Shown piece by piece: positions 57,520-64,000 of a stretch of 64,000 nucleotides of DNA. Source of the stretch: Candidatus Latescibacterota bacterium (GTDB lineage: Bacteria; Latescibacterota; UBA2968; GCA-2709665); contig OZ242358.1 of the NCBI GenBank assembly GCA_965208835.1, forward strand, positions 1,920,001 to 1,984,000. Reading direction: 5' to 3'. A program made the translations under genes and the position numbers. Each line of letters opens with the position of its first letter. Positions within the stretch are counted from its first letter, which is position 1. The notes beneath the pieces were generated by a model, which saw nothing but the letters and a program-made list of their open reading frames with translations, ran no database searches and had not been told where the DNA came from.

Positions 57520-59609
57520 ATGAACCATCGTTTCGAATCGGTGCAGACGTCGGTGGTACGTTCACGGACGTCATCCTCATGGACGTATCCGGGAAAATAT
57601 GGACGCATAAGATCCCCTCTACCCCGCCCGATTTCGAACGTGCTGTACTGGACGCGATCGGCCGCCTGCTGCGGGAGTCAGGCGTAACCGGCGAATCGAT
57701 CGGAGACGTCTCGCATGGGACCACCGTGGCGACCAACGCCGTCCTCGAACGCCGGGGCGCCAGGACCGCGCTAATCACCACGCGCGGATTTCGAGACGTA
57801 CTGGAATTGCGGCGCGTCAGGGCGCCGCAGATGTACGATCTGTTCTTCGACAAGCCCGAACCGATCGTGGAGCGGCATCTGAGGCTGGAAGTGAAGGAGC
57901 GCATCGCCGCCGACGGTGACGTGCTGGCGCCGCTGGACTTTGCGGACCTCGAGGCGGTCAGGGACGTATTGGTACAGGAGCAGGTCGAGTCGATCGCGGT
58001 CTGCACGCTTCACTCCTACGCATACCCACGCCACGAACACGCGATCGGCGAGTTCCTCCAGGACGCGTTTCCGGACTTGCCTGTATCTCTTTCGATCGAG
58101 ATTCTGCCTGAACGCCGGGAGTACGAGCGCACGGCCACGACCGTGCTGAATGCGTACGTGCGTCCTGTTATGCAGCGTTATCTCAGGGCGATGCGGGATG
58201 GTCTGACCGAACAGGGCATTCTGGCGCCCGTGCTGATCATGCAGTCCGCGGGGGGTCTGACCCCCGAGGCCGACGCGGCGCGGCGACCCGTGTACGTTCT
58301 CGAGTCCGGACCCGCGGCCGGGGTATTTGCGTCCCGTTCCGCGGGAGAACAGCTGGGTATAGACGATCTCATCACGTTCGATATGGGAGGCACCACGGCC
58401 AAGGCGTCCATTGTCGAAGACGGCGAGATTTCCTACAGCCCGGAATACGAGGTCGGCGCATCCGTGTCGGCCGGAAACAGGCTGGTGGGCGGGGGCGGTG
58501 AGTTGATTCGCGCGCCCAGTATCGACATCGCGGAGGTGGGATCCGGGGGCGGCAGCATCGCCTGGCTGGACGGGGCGGGCGGATTGCGGGTCGGACCCCG
58601 AAGCGCGGGAGCCGTACCCGGTCCCGCCTGTTACGGCCGGGGAGGAAACGAGCCCACCGTTACGGACGCCAATGTCGTGCTGGGGTATATCCGGCCGGGG
58701 GAACTGGCGGACGGAGAGGTCTCCGTCGACCCGGAGGCCGCGAGAAGGATCGTCCACGACCGGATCGCAACGCCTCTGGGTCTGGATCTGCTCGAAGCGG
58801 CCGAGGGCATACACCGGATTGCAAATGCCCGGTGCATGCGGGCACTCCGGTCCGTGTCCACGGAGCGGGGCCGTGATCCCAGGTCGTTCTCCCTGATCGC
58901 ATTCGGAGGTTCCGGTCCGATTCACGCCGCGGGGCTGGCCGGCGAACTTCTGAGCCCCAGAGTCATCGTCCCTCCGTTGCCCGGATTGTTCAGCGCGCTT
59001 GGGCTTTTGTTCTCTGGCGTGGAACATCACGAAGTCTACAGTTGTCTGCTTTCCGGCGACGGACTGAGCGCGGAAACGCTGGGCGGCATCCAGTCGGACC
59101 TGAAACGAAAGATGCTCTCCCGGTTCCGGGCGGAGGGTTATTCGGCTGAAAGGGTAGCGTTTGCCCAAAGTGTCGACGTGCGCTTCCGAGGCCAGGCATC
59201 GGAAATCCGGATCCCCTTGCCCGAGTCGCCGGCTTCGGAGGCCACGATAGAGAGCTTGCGTCGAGCGTTTGAACGCGAGCACCGGCAGCTTTACGGGCAT
59301 ACGTCGGACCCCGATAATCCGGTTGAGGTGGTTGCCGTCCGCCTGATCGGCAGCACCGGTCACCGCAAAACGGGGGGGCGAATGCGCGCTGACCGGCGGC
59401 ACGTGCGAAAGTTTCCTTCGCGTCCGGCGTACTTTGGAAAGAAGCGGGGAACGCTGGAGACACCCGTTATCGACCGCACGGAGCTGACCGGGCCCCAGGT
59501 TGGTCCCCTGTTGATCGACGAATACGATTCCACGACCGTGGTGCCGCCGGGGGTCCGCGTAAATCGGGACCGGCAGGACTTCGTGGTTCTGGACAGGACA
59601 GGGTCGTAG
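57516..59609 (+). CDS. Hydantoinase/oxoprolinase subunit A
   Basis: DVGGTFTD, HGTTVATN, ESGPAAG, DMGGTT, GP.SAGA.PGP.CY and TVTDAN. Confidence 0.93.
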   Translation: MNEPSFRIGADVGGTFTDVILMDVSGKIWTHKIPSTPPDFERAVLDAIGRLLRESGVTGESIGDVSHGTTVATNAVLERRGARTALITTRGFRDVLELRRVRAPQMYDLFFDKPEPIVERHLRLEVKERIAADGDVLAPLDFADLEAVRDVLVQEQVESIAVCTLHSYAYPRHEHAIGEFLQDAFPDLPVSLSIEILPERREYERTATTVLNAYVRPVMQRYLRAMRDGLTEQGILAPVLIMQSAGGLTPEADAARRPVYVLESGPAAGVFASRSAGEQLGIDDLITFDMGGTTAKASIVEDGEISYSPEYEVGASVSAGNRLVGGGGELIRAPSIDIAEVGSGGGSIAWLDGAGGLRVGPRSAGAVPGPACYGRGGNEPTVTDANVVLGYIRPGELADGEVSVDPEAARRIVHDRIATPLGLDLLEAAEGIHRIANARCMRALRSVSTERGRDPRSFSLIAFGGSGPIHAAGLAGELLSPRVIVPPLPGLFSALGLLFSGVEHHEVYSCLLSGDGLSAETLGGIQSDLKRKMLSRFRAEGYSAERVAFAQSVDVRFRGQASEIRIPLPESPASEATIESLRRAFEREHRQLYGHTSDPDNPVEVVAVRLIGSTGHRKTGGRMRADRRHVRKFPSRPAYFGKKRGTLETPVIDRTELTGPQVGPLLIDEYDSTTVVPPGVRVNRDRQDFVVLDRTGS

Positions 59610-59631
59610 AAATGTCCCGCGGCAGGGCAGA

Positions 59632-59817
59632 GAAGCTGTTTTAAAATGACCGGTGAGTTCCCGAGCGCGAGCGAAAAAGTGGCGGTCAAGGCGGGAGAAT
59701 CCGCCTATGAGAGGCGAGCAAGCGCAGCCTCGATCTCGTAAGACGGGCGGGTTTGACCAACGCCGACCGCCGCTTTTGCAGCCGCGCGAAGACCGCTGGG
59801 AATTTTAAGACAGCTTC
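59632..59817 (-). mobile_element. MITE family B, long (186 bp) variant between hydantoinase A and B
   Basis: Reverse complement of 8872-9057 with both TIRs. Confidence 0.87.
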
Positions 59818-59836
59818 TGAGGAGATACAGAGAACG

Positions 59837-61591
59837 ATGAAGCAGATTGACCCCATAACGCGCGAGATCATGCAAAACGCGCTTGCATCCGCCGCCGATG
59901 AAATGAGCGCAGCACTCTATCGCACGGCCTATTCAACCATCGTGCGCGACTGCCTTGACTATTCCACGTCGCTGTGCAACGCGGAGGGGCAGATGATCGC
60001 ACAGGGCGTGACGATACCGCTGCATCTGGGATCGGTCCCGTATGCGATGGCCGCGCTGTTCGAGCGCTTCGGCGATGATATCGACCCAGGGGACGTGTTT
60101 ATCCTGAACGATCCCTTCGACGGCGGGATGCACATTCCCGATATTTTTATTGTGCAGCCGATCTTCTGGAAGGGACGGCGGGTGGCCTTTGCGGTGAGTA
60201 CGGCGCACCACCTGGACCTGGGCGGACGCCTGCCCGGCAGTTCCGCCTGCGATAACACGGAGATCTTTCAGGAAGGCATCCGGATTCCGTGGCTGAAGCT
60301 GTATTGCCGCGGCGAGCCGGACGAGTCCATCTTCTCGCTGATCCGGTCGAATGTGCGGGTGCCCCAGATGACTATCGGGGACATCAGGGCGCAACTGGCG
60401 GCCTGCCACATCGGCGAGCGGGCGGTGCATTCGCTGATTGAACGGTACGGGCACGAGACGTTCCAGACGGCCTCACAGGACCTGATCGACTACACGGAAC
60501 GGCTCGTACGTTCAGAGATCGCGTCCTGGCCCGACGGATCCCATTCATTCACGGACTTTCTGGACAGCGACGGCGTGGGCGGCCCCCGGGTGCGAATCCG
60601 GGTGACAATGACCGTGCGGGGAGACTCGCTGACGGCCGATTTCACGGGGACGGACCCCCAGGTGCGCGGCGCGGTCAACAGTACGCTCTCGTTTACGGCG
60701 GCGGTGGTCGCCCTGTGCGTGCGTGCCGTGATGCGGGAGGAACTTCCGAATACGGAAGGGATGTTCAGGCCCCTGAAGATTATCGCGCCCGAGGGCACGC
60801 TCGTGAACGTGCGGATGCCGGGCGCGTCGTCGATGCGCGGCGTGACGGGGTTCCGGATGACGGACGTGGTGTTCGGCGCGCTGTCCGGGCTGCTGCCCGA
60901 CCGTGTGCTGGCCGCGGGCGAGGGGGGCAATACGCTCGTCATCATCGGCGGCCAGCGGCAGGACCGTTCCCACTATGTTTACTATGAACTGCTCTCCGGG
61001 ACCTGGGGAGCGAGGCCGGACCGGGACGGCAACGATGGTCTTTGCAATCCGGCGAACGTGGCCAGCAACATTCCCGTTGAGCAGGCGGAGTGTGAATATC
61101 CGGTAAGGATCGACCGCTACGGACTGGTTTGCGACAGCGGGGGCGCCGGACGTTTTCGGGGCGGAATGGCGATCGAGCGGGAGTGGACCCTGCTCTCGGG
61201 CGAGGCGCATCTGGCGATCCGGTCCGATCGAAGAGACCACCTTCCGTACGGCCTGTACGGCGGAAGACCGGCGACGGGATCGACGAATGTACTCTATAGT
61301 GGGGACGGCCGTGAAGAGTTGCCGACCATGATATCGACGTCGATGTCGGCGGGCGACCGGATCTACCACCGGCAGGCCGGCGGCGGCGGATGGGGAAGTC
61401 CGATGGATCGTGATACCGCGGCGGTCGTGCGCGACGTGAAAAACGGAAGAGTTTCGGTGAGCCAGGCGCGGGAGCAGTACGGCGTGGTGATGGATGGGGA
61501 GACCCTGTCGGTCAACGAGGTGGAAACCGGGAATACGCGGCGACGGATGTCGGCCCCCGGAACCGCGCCCGGCAACGGCAACTCCGGTTGA
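59837..61591 (+). CDS. Hydantoinase B/oxoprolinase subunit
   Basis: TAYS.IVR..DYS, NDPFDGGMHIPD, HHLDLGG, EIFQEG, DSGGAGRFRGG and GGGGWG.P. Confidence 0.93.
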   Translation: MKQIDPITREIMQNALASAADEMSAALYRTAYSTIVRDCLDYSTSLCNAEGQMIAQGVTIPLHLGSVPYAMAALFERFGDDIDPGDVFILNDPFDGGMHIPDIFIVQPIFWKGRRVAFAVSTAHHLDLGGRLPGSSACDNTEIFQEGIRIPWLKLYCRGEPDESIFSLIRSNVRVPQMTIGDIRAQLAACHIGERAVHSLIERYGHETFQTASQDLIDYTERLVRSEIASWPDGSHSFTDFLDSDGVGGPRVRIRVTMTVRGDSLTADFTGTDPQVRGAVNSTLSFTAAVVALCVRAVMREELPNTEGMFRPLKIIAPEGTLVNVRMPGASSMRGVTGFRMTDVVFGALSGLLPDRVLAAGEGGNTLVIIGGQRQDRSHYVYYELLSGTWGARPDRDGNDGLCNPANVASNIPVEQAECEYPVRIDRYGLVCDSGGAGRFRGGMAIEREWTLLSGEAHLAIRSDRRDHLPYGLYGGRPATGSTNVLYSGDGREELPTMISTSMSAGDRIYHRQAGGGGWGSPMDRDTAAVVRDVKNGRVSVSQAREQYGVVMDGETLSVNEVETGNTRRRMSAPGTAPGNGNSG

Positions 61592-61616
61592 CTCGAACGT
61601 CGAATGGCGGTATATT
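61588..61616 (+). promoter_or_regulatory. sigma70 promoter for the ankyrin genes
   Basis: TTGACT-N17-TATATT, overlapping the hydantoinase B stop codon. Confidence 0.6.
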
Positions 61617-61665
61617 TGTACCGGGACTTAATGTCATTCAACCGGACTCATTTCGGAGGCAGCCT

Positions 61666-62505
61666 ATGTCCAGAAAAATCAACCAATTCGTGCTGGTGCT
61701 TCTATTGTTGGGGTTCGCGGGCTGTGGTGCCCCGCTGACGGAATTGTCCCGGCGCGGAGACGTCGACGGCGTTCGGCGATCCATTGATCGCGGAAGAGAC
61801 GTGAATGCCAGGACGCCGCAGGGGCACAGCCCGTTGACGCTGGCTTCCAGAGAGGGCCATCTGGATATCGTTATCGACCTGCTCGGAGCGGGCGCGGACG
61901 TGGACGCCGTGGCATGGACCGTCGGCGCCCACACCATCGAGAGCCAGGATCGTCACGGCGGCTACGCGTTTGTCAGGGAACGGTATGCCAATCCCGACAG
62001 TTCCGGGCCCCAGTCCAGGTTTATGGCGCAGCGTACCCGGGGCTCGGCGTACTGGGTGTTGAGAGACGGAAAGACGGCGTTGATGCTTGCCGCCGAGGCC
62101 GGCCATCTGGATGTGGTCGAAGCGCTCGTCGAAGGCGGCTCTGACCTCTTCGCCACAAGCGGCGGTGAAGTCGTGACCTCCGGAATGCCGTCGTATAAGG
62201 ATTACGACGGGATACTCGCGGGTCATACCGGTGTACCGCCCGAAGACATCAATCGCGAAGAGGACAAACACGGCGGCAGTTACTACGGGCCGGAGCACGG
62301 CCGCGTTCTCTACTACGATGTCGTCGATTCGGATCGTCCTTCCTGGTCGATCGGCGGCAGCACGGCGCTGGATTTCGCGTACCGGAACGGCCATAAGGAG
62401 ATCATCGATCTACTCCTGGAATCGGGCGCCGGGATGACGCCGTCGGGTCTGAAGCGTGAACGCTCATCGCCTCGTGAGGATGCGACCGATGCCTCGAAAA
62501 ATTAA
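61666..62505 (+). CDS. Ankyrin-repeat lipoprotein
   Basis: Lipobox FAGC, GHSPLTLASREGHLDIV..L..GADVD, GKTALMLAAEAGH and STALDFAYRNGH. Confidence 0.85.
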   Translation: MSRKINQFVLVLLLLGFAGCGAPLTELSRRGDVDGVRRSIDRGRDVNARTPQGHSPLTLASREGHLDIVIDLLGAGADVDAVAWTVGAHTIESQDRHGGYAFVRERYANPDSSGPQSRFMAQRTRGSAYWVLRDGKTALMLAAEAGHLDVVEALVEGGSDLFATSGGEVVTSGMPSYKDYDGILAGHTGVPPEDINREEDKHGGSYYGPEHGRVLYYDVVDSDRPSWSIGGSTALDFAYRNGHKEIIDLLLESGAGMTPSGLKRERSSPREDATDASKN

Positions 62506-63166
62506 TCGTCTGGCGGCGCTGGTTCTCCTGTTGGCCGTTGCGGGCTGTGGGCCATCATTGGTTGAATTGTCAGAGCGGGGAGACCTGGAGGGCGTTCGGC
62601 GGGCCCTGCGCCGCGGAAGCAATGCAAATGTCACAACGCGTCAAGGGCACACGCCGTTGACGCTGGCGGCTCGACAGGGCCACCTGGACGTGGTTCAGGC
62701 CCTGATTCAGGCTGGCGCTGATCTTGATGCCAGGGCCTGGAAGACTGTCTATGTTGCAGAGTTCGAGGAAAATACGCGCGATTCGGAGTATACCAGGGAA
62801 CGTTTTGTCAATGCCGACAGTTCCGGTCCTCAGTCGTTGTTCATGGCAAAGCGAACATCCCAGAGTGAGTTAGTCCGGATACGGACGGACGGGAAGACTG
62901 CGCTGATGTTCGCCGCGGAGATGGGTCACAGAGACGTTGTTGAAGCGCTCATCCGGAGCGGCGCGGACGTACGCGCGAAGAGCGGCCGGCCCGGCGAACA
63001 CATCTACAAGCCCATCCGAAGCCGTTACCATGCATATAACCCTCGGCTTCACGGTTCGCGGGAACGAAAGACCGCGCTGGACCTCGCATACGCAAAAGGG
63101 CACTCGGAAATCGTGGATCTCCTGCTGGTAGCCGAGGTGGACAGTGTTCGGGGGAGTTCGAAGTAG
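62489..63166 (+). CDS. Ankyrin-repeat lipoprotein (paralog of the upstream gene)
   Basis: Lipobox VAGC, GHTPLTLAARQGH, GKTALMFAAEMGH and KTALDLAYAKGH. Confidence 0.85.
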   Translation: MPRKINRLAALVLLLAVAGCGPSLVELSERGDLEGVRRALRRGSNANVTTRQGHTPLTLAARQGHLDVVQALIQAGADLDARAWKTVYVAEFEENTRDSEYTRERFVNADSSGPQSLFMAKRTSQSELVRIRTDGKTALMFAAEMGHRDVVEALIRSGADVRAKSGRPGEHIYKPIRSRYHAYNPRLHGSRERKTALDLAYAKGHSEIVDLLLVAEVDSVRGSSK

Positions 63167-63279
63167 GAACCCGGAGGGTTCTTGCCTTGGAGATTCGGTC
63201 TCGTGAAAGCGTAATTTTGCGAGACCATTTTTATATGATCAAACTGTGCAGCAGGATTCGACAATAGCGGGAACCGGCC

Positions 63280-64000
63280 ATGGATCTGGTTATTTGCGGC
63301 GGGACGGTGGTGGACGGTACCGGCGCCGTTCCCGTCCCCGGCGACGTGGCCGTGGCGGACGGACGGATCGTCGGCGTCGGCCGGATCCCGCGGCCTGACG
63401 GCGTGCCGCACCTGGATGCGTCCGGTTGCTACGTGACGCCGGGATTCATTGACATCCACAGTCACTCGGACTTTACCCTGATGGTCGATCCCCGGGCGGT
63501 GAGTTCGATCATGCAGGGGGTGACGCTGGAGGTGGCGGGCAACTGCGGGCACGGAAGCGCACCCATCGGCGATCCGGCGCGCGCGCGGGGGAATATATAC
63601 GGATGCAGAGCCGGATATGAGATCGACTGGCGCGGCGTGGGCGAGTATCTGGATCGCCTGGAAGACCGGCGCCCGGCCGTTAATGTGATGACGCTGGTAC
63701 CCAACGGCAATCTTAGACTCGCAGCCTGCGAGGCTCTGGACCGTCCGTCCACGCCGGACGAACTGCGGAAGATGAAACGCCTGCTGGCGCAGGGCCTGGA
63801 GGAGGGCGCGGTGGGGTATTCCACGGGCCTGGAATACGGTCCGGAACGGGATTGCCCCGAGGACGAGATTTCCGGGCTATGTGCGATCGCCGCGGAATAC
63901 GGCGGGATTTACACCACGCATACCCGCAATCGGATGGGCGAGGCGGACGAAGCCATCGCAGAATCGATCCGAACGGCCGAAAGAGCCGATGCGCCCCTGC
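63280..64000 (+). CDS. N-acyl-D-amino-acid deacylase family amidohydrolase (runs off the window edge)
   Basis: Manual translation MDLVICGGTVVDGTG...PGFIDIHSHSD...QGVT..V.GNCG...GYSTGLEY. Confidence 0.88.
   Translation, partial: MDLVICGGTVVDGTGAVPVPGDVAVADGRIVGVGRIPRPDGVPHLDASGCYVTPGFIDIHSHSDFTLMVDPRAVSSIMQGVTLEVAGNCGHGSAPIGDPARARGNIYGCRAGYEIDWRGVGEYLDRLEDRRPAVNVMTLVPNGNLRLAACEALDRPSTPDELRKMKRLLAQGLEEGAVGYSTGLEYGPERDCPEDEISGLCAIAAEYGGIYTTHTRNRMGEADEAIAESIRTAERADAPL

Overview
GC-rich bacterial chromosomal window, probably from an FCB-superphylum lineage such as Ca. Latescibacterota. This is inferred from a GWxTD-type protein, a short RpoD lacking region 1.1 and a CarboxypepD-type TonB receptor. 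PhyH paralogs and ankyrin lipoproteins hint at a sponge or host association. Most of the window is housekeeping (tRNA-Val, rlmN, murA, CCA enzyme, cysC, murD, folB-folK-dNK-panB-panC, sodA, erpA, rny, nuoI, queG, miaB, lipA, dusA), plus catabolic genes at both ends. I saw no transposase, integrase, CRISPR array or defence system. The intergenic DNA carries about 18 copies of four non-autonomous MITE-like families. Three families have unrelated terminal inverted repeats but share the same internal CG-TT...CGCC-TT-G bulged hairpin core. The fourth has TTAG duplications, and one copy carries a GGTAGA/TCTACC repeat hairpin. Other points of interest are a BpsA-like plus DUF2156 gene pair, a plant HPR1-like enzyme, an IscU-like protein with only one of three Cys, a structured rny leader, an rny/nuoI overlap and tandem ankyrin lipoproteins with conserved inserts. 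All calls are by eye, and start codons are my best choice.
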